NCBI GenBank assembly: GCA_041740515.1
Contig: JBGSLV010000036.1
Location: forward strand, 4,429-68,428
DNA: 64,000 nucleotides
Direction of reading: 5' to 3'
Origin: Bdellovibrionales bacterium
GTDB taxonomy: Bacteria > Bdellovibrionota > Bdellovibrionia > Bdellovibrionales > UBA1609
Shown here: positions 10,025 to 18,874 of the stretch, piece after piece
Numbering within the stretch: the first letter of the stretch is position 1
How the letters are laid out: each line of letters opens with the position of its first letter
Notes under the pieces: model-generated
What the model saw: only the letters and a program-made list of their open reading frames with translations
The model's database searches: none
Told to the model about the DNA's origin: nothing
Translations under genes and position numbers: made by a program

Positions 10025-10037
10025 ATATGTGAAAATT
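10016..10037. promoter_or_regulatory. TetR-type operator candidate: AATTTTCA-TATATG-TGAAAATT
   Basis: Perfect 8-bp inverted arms around a 6-bp centre, directly over the 5' end of the TetR ORF. A TATAAT-like element lies immediately downstream on the minus strand. Confidence 0.45.
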
Positions 10038-10108
10038 AATTTACAAAATATAAAAATAAAGGCATCTAAGGATGAAAACTAGACTAATCTTTTTTCAAGG
10101 AGAAAATA

Positions 10109-10762
10109 ATGATCATAAAATTTAGCTTTTTAAGATGTTTTAAGTGGGTTTTAAGCGGAGTCTTAATACAAATGACCCTAGGTATGTCCGTTTGGGCTTT
10201 AGAATCTTCTTATCAATCCACCATAACCTATGAGCACTCTGAATTCGTTGAAGCCTTATTTCCAGATTTAAAGTCGGGCGATAAAGTTAAAATTGTTTTT
10301 GATGTCCCTATGAGTTCGGCTGTTGTAGATCACGACAAAGTTTATGGCCAAACCTATGTATTGAGCTTAAATGGACCCCACACCGTGACCATATTGGTGA
10401 ACGATACAGTACGAGGTTTACCATTCACTATTGCCAACAGTGGGCGCACTTCTTCAGGCAATCATATGACAATCGTTAATCCCCAAAATTTTGCCTTGCC
10501 CCCAGACATTCGGGCTTATGAAGCAGAACTGTGGACCAATGAAGGCCCTAATTCACAAAAAATTACTTTAAGTTTAGCTAAAGATCCTTCCTTGACACCA
10601 AACACTCTGCTTCAAATTGTTTTAAATGACACAGTCAAAGTAGGGACATCGGCTGATACTACTTCTAAATTAAGCTACCAAGCTCAACCTGGGGTCCGAA
10701 GCTTATCTCCTATAATGAATACTAATAATTTATGTAAAAATTATTTAAAAAATAATAATTAA
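10109..10762 (+). CDS. secreted hypothetical protein (217 aa)
   Basis: Signal peptide with hydrophobic core and AXA-like site (WALE). Divergent from the TetR gene. Confidence 0.5.
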   Translation: MIIKFSFLRCFKWVLSGVLIQMTLGMSVWALESSYQSTITYEHSEFVEALFPDLKSGDKVKIVFDVPMSSAVVDHDKVYGQTYVLSLNGPHTVTILVNDTVRGLPFTIANSGRTSSGNHMTIVNPQNFALPPDIRAYEAELWTNEGPNSQKITLSLAKDPSLTPNTLLQIVLNDTVKVGTSADTTSKLSYQAQPGVRSLSPIMNTNNLCKNYLKNNN

Positions 10763-10923
10763 TTTTTATTTTCATATCATTTAAGTTTTTAAATAATAGC
10801 AACTAGTTTTTATTATTTTAATATTTTAGTTTTTTGCTATATCGCTTTCCAATTTATTTATAGCTAGACCACTTTTGATAAATATTAGAGGTCTAGCTAT
10901 CCAGTAAATGCTTCAAATAATGA

Positions 10924-13900
10924 TTATGGGCCGTAACACAAGGGTTGATTTCCACCCACCGGGGTCCCAGAAAAGCTTCCTGTGAATTGAAAGTAACCCA
11001 TCCCGACAGAGCACTGAACAGCTCCGTTATTAACAAAATTATGCTGATGTCTGAATTGATAAGTAGAGATGTCAAATATGCCGCTTGAAATATTGAGTAC
11101 TGGAGAATAGGTGCTGGACGATGCTAATCCACCATTTCCAATCAATGAAACTCTATTTGTACTAAGGTTTTTGTTAATCCGTAAACTTACACCACGACTG
11201 CCCATATAACCTGACCCACCAGGTTCAAAATAAAGTTGCGAGTCTGCCCCACCTACTAGATTTATATCCACATCCCTAATTGCACCATAACAATCCTTCG
11301 TAGCGGGGTTCTGACAATGATAATTTATATTTCCGTAGACATTAAAGACAGCAAACGTTGGAAAATCTGATTTTATTGTTCCATTGTGAATGTCCATATC
11401 TCCTTCAATATTTACAATAGAGTCCGAAGTAAATTTAATCGAGTATTCGTCTCCGGTGGGCCCATCATTCAAATCAAGGTCGCCGGCGATATTTAGTGCA
11501 AAGTCGTTAAAAATGATCCCCGGGCCATCTATATCTATAACCATGGCAGACCTATTGTCATTGCTATTTGTAACCGAATCAAACGAAACTAAACCGTTAT
11601 TATGATCAAAGAAGCCTCCAAGATATTCAAAACCAATTGATGAGCTCTCTGTTGCAAAACTCGTATTCGACCCCTCACCAAAGCTTAAATGCTTAGGTGC
11701 TACAAAAGTTCCTTGAATAAGTCGAAACCTTCCTAATCTAAAATATCCAACAGCAGGATTGGTTGCGATCTGATTAACGCCATTAGGATTATCAATGATA
11801 AAACCTGGTGCCGCAGCACCGTCATCAAAAGTGTATGTTTGCGGAGTTCCATCATTTCGATTAAATCGTAAAAACGTATGCGCCCGAATTCCAACAATGG
11901 AAGCCCCACCTGGAATCGCAGATACATTTAGATTTGAACCTAAATCTGAGCATCTATCTGAGGCCGCGATATTGTCACATTCGAAATTCGCATTTAAACC
12001 TTGATATCTAATTTCGCCTTGTAAAAAATGACCGTCTCTCCAGTCCAGATTAGTCGATACATTGATGATTTTATTTGTTCCGTAAATATGTGTGCTAGCT
12101 AAAGCTTTTCTTCCAAAAGTAGTCCCGGTTCCATTGGAATTATTATCAATTATTAAGTTGGCCAAGTTTAATTGTTGGTCCACAGAGAAAGCAAAAACTC
12201 GAACTCCGTTTAAGTTTGTAGAAGAATTGATATGAACAGTCCCGTTATTGTGGTTAAAAACGCCGGTCGCTGAAAGTGTAAAGCCACATTCTCTGGAGTT
12301 CTTCCAGTCCCAAGCAGGTGATCCAGTTTCGCAATTACTATTATTAAAGCTGCTTCCCATAAGCAAAGTGCCGGAAGTCGATGTGAAAGCACCACCGATG
12401 ATATTTAATCGATCGACAGTTAAATTCGCATTCCCACCTTGAAATGTTCCGGCTTCCATTTCCCATTTACCAAAGTTGGGTGCTGATCCTGTAGAGCTAC
12501 GAAGACCAACCTGAAAAGTGACACCAGGATTTTGAGTGATTGTCCCTGAGTAAGTTGGTTTCATATAAACACGCCGAACCTGAGTGTTCGCATTGATATT
12601 GACATTACAATTGCCTGTAACCAGACACTCGTCGTCAAAATATGTGAACGCTGTACTTGGTGGGATTGCATTCACTCTCCAGTTGGACGGCGTGGTCCAA
12701 AGACCATCGCCAGCAGTTCCTAACCATGTATAATCTGGAATAGCTATTCGTAAAAACATCACCCTTTGTATCGTCCCAATCCCATCGGAGATTGTGATAG
12801 TATAATTTTGTCCAACGTCATCACTGACCGTAGGAGTACCTGAAATCAATCCTGTTCCCGCATTTATAGTCAGGCCTGCAGGTAAGGAAGGTGAAATTGA
12901 AAAGTTTGTTGGCGCTCCAGCAACCACCGTCGCTGCCACACCTGCAGAGGGATCATTAAGTGGCGTGTATTTTGGTCCCGTAAATGTCCCAGGATAAGTG
13001 ACATTTAAATTTGTGTAATTGATTGTAATGCCAACTGAGCCTGATGGATTTAAAGCTTGGTCTATTTGATTGACGTTGACTACTTTAACTCCGAATGCTG
13101 CCGTTAAAGTAATTGCTCTTGAGTAAGCACTTGCTACACAAGTTGTAGCGACTGGAGACCCAACAATGTCACCACTGATATTCACCGTCGCCCCCGTTTC
13201 ACAGGCACCAGAAACTGTTTGGCTTACAGATGAAACGGTAAGGTTATTTGTAGGCGCTACAACAGTAGGTGTGCTTGGAGCTATAGTGTCTAAAGTTAAA
13301 CTGATGTTTGTTGCTGATGAAGTATTTCCTGCAGGATCAGTTTGTGTTGCACTAATTGATTTTAATCCTTGCGACGAAATTAATGTTATATTCACAACAG
13401 TATACGAAGACGAGGAACACGGAGCAATGACCGGTGATTCAGAAAAGTCTCCACTGACGTTCACAATAGCACCACTCTCGCAAGAGCCGGTTACACTTTG
13501 AAAAATGGTGTTGGTGAATGAACCGTTAACTGGTGCAGTTATTGTTGGTGCACTTGGTGCAGTTGTGTCTAAGGTGACAGTGATATTTGTGGCTAAAGAC
13601 GTGTTGCCTGCCAAATCGGTTTGTGTGGCACTGATAGCTTTACTGCCTTGGGATGCGGCCAACGTGATCGCTCGTGTATAAGCATTTGCTACGCACGCTG
13701 CTGTGAGTGGTGATCCTGTAAAGTCTCCGGTTAAATTTACAGTCGCGCCCGATTCACAAGATCCTGTTACTGTCTGTGCCGTAGTATTGGTAAGCGATCC
13801 ATTAGCTGGAGTAGTTATGGTGGGTGCTGTTGGTGCTACTGAATCAAAAGTGATATTTATATTTGTAGCCACTGATGTGTTTCCAGATGGATCTGTCTGT

Positions 13901-16419
13901 GTGGCACTGATGGCTTTACTTCCTTGAGCGACTGTCAACGTGATCCCTCGTGAATAAAGTGATGCCACACAAGTGGCTGTCAGCGGTGATCCGGCAAAGT
14001 CCCCGCTTAAGTTTACAGTGGCTCCCGTTTCACATGCTCCAGTTACTGTTTGTGCCGAGATGTTGGTTACGGCTCCGTTCGCCGGCGTTGCTATCGTTGG
14101 TGAACCTGGGGCCACAGCATCAAACGTAACGGTTATATTCGTAGCCACAGATGTGTTTCCCGAAGGATCTGTTTGAGTCACATTGATGGATTTACTTCCC
14201 TGAGATGCTGTCAGAGTGATGGCTCGGGAATACCAAGCCGCTGCACACAACTCGGTCAGAGGCGATCCGACAAAGTCCCCGCTTAAGTTTACTGTGGATC
14301 CGGTCTCACATGCTCCCGTCACCGTTTGAGCTGTGGTGTTGGTAAAAGCACCACTCACTGGTGTAAGTATTGTCGGTGCACTTGGGGCGGCTGTATCTAA
14401 AGTGAATGAAATATTGGTCGAAAGGGAAATGTTTCCAGCTATATCCGTTTGAATTGCACTTAAAGCTTTGGAACCATCACCCGCTGATAAGACTACTAAT
14501 CTGGAAAAAGCCGAAGCCACACAAGTAGTGGTTTGAGGAGAAGTCACGATATCCCCTGAAATGCTAACAATTGCCCCGGTCTCACAGGCACCAGTTACCA
14601 CTTGAGATGTATTGTTGGTTAAACTTCCATTTGCAGGCGACGTTATGGTTGGTGCTCCAGGTAAAGTTGAATCTAAAGTGATACTGATGTTTGTGACTAA
14701 AGAGGTGTTACCCGCCAAATCCGTTTGTGTGGCACTGATGGCTTTACTGCCTTCTGATGCGGTCAATGTGATGGCTCGTGAATAAAGGGATGCAACACAC
14801 GAAGCTGTCAGTGGCGATCCTGTAAAGTCTCCGCTTAAGTTTACAGTGGCCCCCGTTTCACAAGCGCCGTTGACTGTTTGCGAAGTGGTGTTAGTAAAAG
14901 ACCCATTTGCAGGAGCTGTGATACTTGGAGCTAACGGATCCACAGAGTCTAAAGTCACACTGATGTTTGTTGCACTTGAAATGTTTCCAGCTAAATCTGT
15001 TTGTGTGGCACTAATAGATTTACTTCCTTGAGCTGCGGTCAAAGTGATGGCTTGAGAGTATGCGTTGGTCACACACGCAGCTGTGATTGGTGATCCTGTA
15101 AAAGCTCCACTTAAATTTACTGTGGCCCCTGTTTCACAAGCGCCTGTTACAGTTTGGGTTGTGGTATTTGTTAATGCTCCGTTTGATGGTGTCACAACTG
15201 TTGGTGCACTTGGTGCGATAGTGTCTAAAGTCACGTTGATATTGGTAGTCACCGAAGTGTTACCAGCTAAATCTGTCTGTGTGGCACTGATCGATTTACT
15301 TCCTTGAGCAACTGATAGCGTGATAGCTCGTGAATAAGCATTCGCTACGCAAGAAGCTGTCAAAGGCGACCCCGTAAAATCACCGCTTAAATTAACTGTG
15401 GCACCAGTTTCACATGCACCAGTTACAGTTTGTGACGTGATGTTTGTAAATGAATTATTTACTGGTGTTAAGATCGTTGGAACCGAAGGAATAACATCAT
15501 CTAAAGTTATATTTAATAGGGAAGTTGGCGAAGTTCCAACACCATTGGTTTGTGAAACGTTAATAGCTTTTAAACCGTTTAATGCTGTTAAAGTCACACC
15601 TAAACTATAAGTATTTAACACACAAGCGGTAGTGACCGGAGCCCCAACTACGTCACCAAAAATATTCACTGTTGCTCCAGACTCACAAGCACCCGAAATA
15701 GTTTGTGCAACTAAGGAAGTAATTAGTCCTGCTGAAGGAGTTAGAATTGTGGGCATCAAAGGTAAAATCCCAAGACTCACACTAATTGCATCAGCTGCAG
15801 AGGTATTTCCAACAGAGTCAGTTTGTGTAGCTGAAATATTTTTAGCGCCATTACCTAATACCAAAGAAGTTGGAGTCGAAAAAGCCCCTGCCACACAAGA
15901 AACTAAGATAGTCGAACCTTCGATATCACCAAAAACACTGACTGTAGTTCCTGTTTCGCATGTACCCGAAACTGTAATTGGTGTTGAGTTAAATGAAGCG
16001 CCATTGATTGGATTTAAAATTACGGGAACTGTAGGTACAATAGTGTCTTTTAAAACTTGAATTGAAGCGCTAGCGGTCAAAAGCGCTTGAGTCGCAGATA
16101 TAGAAGTTAAACCTTCTGGCAATCCCGCAGTACTTAAATCCACTGCGCCACTAAACAATCCATTCACGCATGGAAAAGTTTGTGACACCAAACTTGGTAT
16201 TCCCACATTCACAGTCACGTCATTGTATTGGGGCACACACCGGCCTGAAACAGGATAGGTTACAACATTACTTGCAGTAATGTTTGGTAAAGACTGAAAA
16301 GATAAATCAAAACCTTTGATGCTAGAATTTTCTAGGCTTGAAACAATTTCGCCGCAACCTGTGGTTAGAAAAAGTGTTGCGATCGTGTAAACTGAGAGTA
16401 AAAAAAACTTGAAAAACAT
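10924..16419 (-). CDS. giant surface lipoprotein with ~12 tandem Ig-like repeats and a C-terminal beta-helix-like domain
   Basis: ~93-aa units repeated ('ISATQTDLAGNTS...TLD..APSAPTI.TP.NGS.TN...QTVTGACETGATVNLSGDF.GSP'). Lipoprotein-like signal MFFKFFLLSVYTIATLFLTTGC starts at the Met at 16419. The maximal ORF extends to 16545. Confidence 0.8.
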   Translation of the reverse strand: MFFKFFLLSVYTIATLFLTTGCGEIVSSLENSSIKGFDLSFQSLPNITASNVVTYPVSGRCVPQYNDVTVNVGIPSLVSQTFPCVNGLFSGAVDLSTAGLPEGLTSISATQALLTASASIQVLKDTIVPTVPVILNPINGASFNSTPITVSGTCETGTTVSVFGDIEGSTILVSCVAGAFSTPTSLVLGNGAKNISATQTDSVGNTSAADAISVSLGILPLMPTILTPSAGLITSLVAQTISGACESGATVNIFGDVVGAPVTTACVLNTYSLGVTLTALNGLKAINVSQTNGVGTSPTSLLNITLDDVIPSVPTILTPVNNSFTNITSQTVTGACETGATVNLSGDFTGSPLTASCVANAYSRAITLSVAQGSKSISATQTDLAGNTSVTTNINVTLDTIAPSAPTVVTPSNGALTNTTTQTVTGACETGATVNLSGAFTGSPITAACVTNAYSQAITLTAAQGSKSISATQTDLAGNISSATNISVTLDSVDPLAPSITAPANGSFTNTTSQTVNGACETGATVNLSGDFTGSPLTASCVASLYSRAITLTASEGSKAISATQTDLAGNTSLVTNISITLDSTLPGAPTITSPANGSLTNNTSQVVTGACETGAIVSISGDIVTSPQTTTCVASAFSRLVVLSAGDGSKALSAIQTDIAGNISLSTNISFTLDTAAPSAPTILTPVSGAFTNTTAQTVTGACETGSTVNLSGDFVGSPLTELCAAAWYSRAITLTASQGSKSINVTQTDPSGNTSVATNITVTFDAVAPGSPTIATPANGAVTNISAQTVTGACETGATVNLSGDFAGSPLTATCVASLYSRGITLTVAQGSKAISATQTDPSGNTSVATNINITFDSVAPTAPTITTPANGSLTNTTAQTVTGSCESGATVNLTGDFTGSPLTAACVANAYTRAITLAASQGSKAISATQTDLAGNTSLATNITVTLDTTAPSAPTITAPVNGSFTNTIFQSVTGSCESGAIVNVSGDFSESPVIAPCSSSSYTVVNITLISSQGLKSISATQTDPAGNTSSATNISLTLDTIAPSTPTVVAPTNNLTVSSVSQTVSGACETGATVNISGDIVGSPVATTCVASAYSRAITLTAAFGVKVVNVNQIDQALNPSGSVGITINYTNLNVTYPGTFTGPKYTPLNDPSAGVAATVVAGAPTNFSISPSLPAGLTINAGTGLISGTPTVSDDVGQNYTITISDGIGTIQRVMFLRIAIPDYTWLGTAGDGLWTTPSNWRVNAIPPSTAFTYFDDECLVTGNCNVNINANTQVRRVYMKPTYSGTITQNPGVTFQVGLRSSTGSAPNFGKWEMEAGTFQGGNANLTVDRLNIIGGAFTSTSGTLLMGSSFNNSNCETGSPAWDWKNSRECGFTLSATGVFNHNNGTVHINSSTNLNGVRVFAFSVDQQLNLANLIIDNNSNGTGTTFGRKALASTHIYGTNKIINVSTNLDWRDGHFLQGEIRYQGLNANFECDNIAASDRCSDLGSNLNVSAIPGGASIVGIRAHTFLRFNRNDGTPQTYTFDDGAAAPGFIIDNPNGVNQIATNPAVGYFRLGRFRLIQGTFVAPKHLSFGEGSNTSFATESSSIGFEYLGGFFDHNNGLVSFDSVTNSNDNRSAMVIDIDGPGIIFNDFALNIAGDLDLNDGPTGDEYSIKFTSDSIVNIEGDMDIHNGTIKSDFPTFAVFNVYGNINYHCQNPATKDCYGAIRDVDINLVGGADSQLYFEPGGSGYMGSRGVSLRINKNLSTNRVSLIGNGGLASSSTYSPVLNISSGIFDISTYQFRHQHNFVNNGAVQCSVGMGYFQFTGSFSGTPVGGNQPLCYGP
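12675..16095 (-). repeat. intragenic tandem array of ~279-bp coding repeats (Ig-like modules)
   Basis: Near-identical protein repeats. The periodic antisense ORFs in the track reflect DNA-level periodicity. Confidence 0.7.
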
Positions 16420-16812
16420 ATTGTATATATCGGAATTGATTAACGTAAAGTTTATTAAACCATTGAAATTTAAAACTATTTTCTTACAAACCCAGTAACG
16501 CAACAATGTAATTTTATTTTCGCCCATCTTAGCCTGAAGTCGCACTTTAATACGTCAAAAACAAAAGAAGAAAACAAGATATCAAAGCTTTTGTCTCATA
16601 TTTATACGTTCTTTTAAATTTACATAAACCTTAGACATCAATCCTTGGTAGATCTAGGTCTTCTAAAGAGTATAAAGCTTGGTTTGAAAAACTACGATAA
16701 ACCGATTATAGTTGGTTTTAGGTAGATGCCTAAACAGTCTCATTTCTATTTTGAAAGTTCAAAGTAGATTCAAAAAAAACTAACCCATTGGTAATTATGG
16801 CTAAACGAAAAA

Positions 16813-17832
16813 ATGCACAAAACCATGTTTAAAGTTGAATATTATAGAGAAGACTGGGTTGAATGTCCTGAACTCGTTTATGCTGTTTTTAATTCAGATT
16901 TTGACAAAGTTCAAAATCTACTTAAAACTGAATCAGTGGACCAACAGGATCAGAAAGGACGATCAGCATTTGAGTGGTCCTTAGAAATATCAATTCAACA
17001 CAATCCACCAATTTTACAAAAAAAAATATTGAGTTTACTTTTAGCCAAAAAGCCCAACCCATTTTTAAATTCGAAATCTGAAGTCGGTTGTTTTGAATAT
17101 ATTTACAAAGGCCATAAAGCTGAAATCACGAAGCTACTTTTAAACTCTTTTGATTCCAAGAATCTACTAAATTTAAAACAAAAATCTGAACTAGCTACTA
17201 AAGCATTACATCGTGGTAACTTTGAAGCTTATCAAGTTTTGATTCAAGCTTGGGGTGTTAAAAATTTATACTCAGCTCCATTTCAGACAACGGACTTACA
17301 TCTCGCCTGCCAATTCGGTTCCTACCTTGCAGCTTCTAAAGCTCTAGATACTATTAATGATGTAAATTTATTAAATGAACTTGGACAAACACCTTTAGAT
17401 CTAATCACGTTAACAAAAAAAGGTAGCCAAAGCGATAAAAAGTTAATCCAAGACTTACTAAAAAAGCAAGGTGGAGTCTTAAATTATTTAACAGCAACTG
17501 AGTATATTGAACTGCCGATATACACAAAAATGAATCATCAAAACTATTTGAATGGAGCTATTAATGTTAAACATCCTAGCACTTGGTTCATTAAAAATAT
17601 TTTCACCCTTTCTGAAACTGAAGCTATCCTAATTATAGAAAGTGAAAAAAATATTGATCAAAAAGATCTTTTGAATGGGACAGCATTATATTGGTCTGTA
17701 TATAAACACTGCTTACAATCAGACAACACCAAAGTCATAAACAAATTACTTGAACGAGGTGCCGATCCAAATATCGTCCACCATTTTATGGGTTCAATTC
17801 AAGACCTAAAAATGCATTTTAATCGATTTTAA
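16813..17832 (+). CDS. ankyrin-repeat protein
   Basis: 'GQTPLDLITL...', 'NGTALYWSV...LLERGADPN' and 'DQKGRSAFEWSLE' match the ANK consensus (G-TPLH-A...G...vv.lLl..GAdpN). Confidence 0.55.
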   Translation: MHKTMFKVEYYREDWVECPELVYAVFNSDFDKVQNLLKTESVDQQDQKGRSAFEWSLEISIQHNPPILQKKILSLLLAKKPNPFLNSKSEVGCFEYIYKGHKAEITKLLLNSFDSKNLLNLKQKSELATKALHRGNFEAYQVLIQAWGVKNLYSAPFQTTDLHLACQFGSYLAASKALDTINDVNLLNELGQTPLDLITLTKKGSQSDKKLIQDLLKKQGGVLNYLTATEYIELPIYTKMNHQNYLNGAINVKHPSTWFIKNIFTLSETEAILIIESEKNIDQKDLLNGTALYWSVYKHCLQSDNTKVINKLLERGADPNIVHHFMGSIQDLKMHFNRF

Positions 17833-17903
17833 ATACTTATTCGTTTTAAACCAGACCAAACAGGTTAATCATACCAAAGGCGACTTTAGAAAGGTAACTT
17901 TCC

Positions 17904-18800
17904 TTAGAGGCTATTTAAAAATTGATTAAGCTCGGTCCAGTAGATAGGAAAAGTGGCCAAGTCATCATGGGTACCTTTAGGAATCTTAACCAATGTGATA
18001 TTTTGATTAAGCCCTTTTAGTCTTAAAGCATGATCAATAGGAATCAAAGCGTCTTCTACACCATGAACTATAAAAATAGGCGCTCTGACATCAGAGACTA
18101 TCAAATCCGAACGAAAAGGATATTTGAGTAAAAAAGCTGGAACAAAAGGATATTGCGCGAGAGCTAAGTCCCTTATACTAAAATAAGGAGTTTCAAGAAT
18201 TATAGCGTCTATGGCTTTTTTAAATTTAAACGGAAAATTTAAAGCTTTCGGTGGATTTAAGGGGTCTTCGATTTTTTGACTTTGTTCATAATAATAAGCT
18301 AACCCAAGTGCCAAACCAGAACCTAAGGATCTGCCTAAAACAACAATTTTTTTAAAATCGTAGGCGGAGGCTTCATTCAAAGCATGTCTAGCAATGAGTT
18401 CCAACTGCTCTTGGGATTTAATGTCACCTTCACTTTTACCATACCCAGGGTAATCAATAATGAAGACATCCCAACCTGTTTTTTTAACAAGCTCTACGGC
18501 GCTTAAAGCACACTGGCTAAGCTCACATCCATTGCCATGAAAATATAAAATTAATCCTTTAGGATCTAGAGTTTTAAAATACAAACTATGAATTCTAAGA
18601 TCTTTAACTTGAAAAAATTTTTCTTCAAAAGGGATATCAAAAGAGTAGGCAAAATCTTGGGTCATTTTTTTGGGAAAAAACATAAATTTTTCCTGCAAAA
18701 AATACATCGTAATAAGTAAGGAAAGATACAGAAACAGGAATAAAAAAACTAAATTTTTAAAAAATTTTTTAACTCTCAATCTAAGCTTTTTTAATATCAT
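17904..18800 (-). CDS. alpha/beta hydrolase with N-terminal membrane anchor
   Basis: 'HGNG' oxyanion-type motif and nucleophile elbow 'GRSLG'; Asp/His follow further downstream. Confidence 0.7.
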   Translation of the reverse strand: MILKKLRLRVKKFFKNLVFLFLFLYLSLLITMYFLQEKFMFFPKKMTQDFAYSFDIPFEEKFFQVKDLRIHSLYFKTLDPKGLILYFHGNGCELSQCALSAVELVKKTGWDVFIIDYPGYGKSEGDIKSQEQLELIARHALNEASAYDFKKIVVLGRSLGSGLALGLAYYYEQSQKIEDPLNPPKALNFPFKFKKAIDAIILETPYFSIRDLALAQYPFVPAFLLKYPFRSDLIVSDVRAPIFIVHGVEDALIPIDHALRLKGLNQNITLVKIPKGTHDDLATFPIYWTELNQFLNSL

Positions 18801-18874
18801 ACAATTACGTTATATATTTTTTTTTAAAAGTCATACCGCATTGGTATTAAGCTCTAAATATTTTTTAAACTTGC

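Noticed and set aside
10860-10900. 11-bp inverted repeat ATAGCTAGACC...GGTCTAGCTAT between convergent genes as a bidirectional terminator
   Set aside because: The loop is 19 nt and there is no adjacent U-run on either strand. It could still be a protein-binding palindrome, but the evidence is insufficient to call a terminator.
13166-16060. Series of 60-140-aa plus-strand ORFs (13166-13501, 13703-13927, 13973-14176, 14846-15031, 15065-15307, 15398-15610, 15632-16060)
   Set aside because: They lie antisense to the Ig-repeat giant gene, recur with the repeat period and have mirrored low-complexity composition (TVAPVSQ...). They are frame artefacts of the coding repeats, not genes.
12675-16095. 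Regularly spaced direct repeats that could be mistaken for a CRISPR array
   Set aside because: Units are ~279 bp, contiguous (no unique spacers), in frame and encode Ig-like domains. No cas genes are present.
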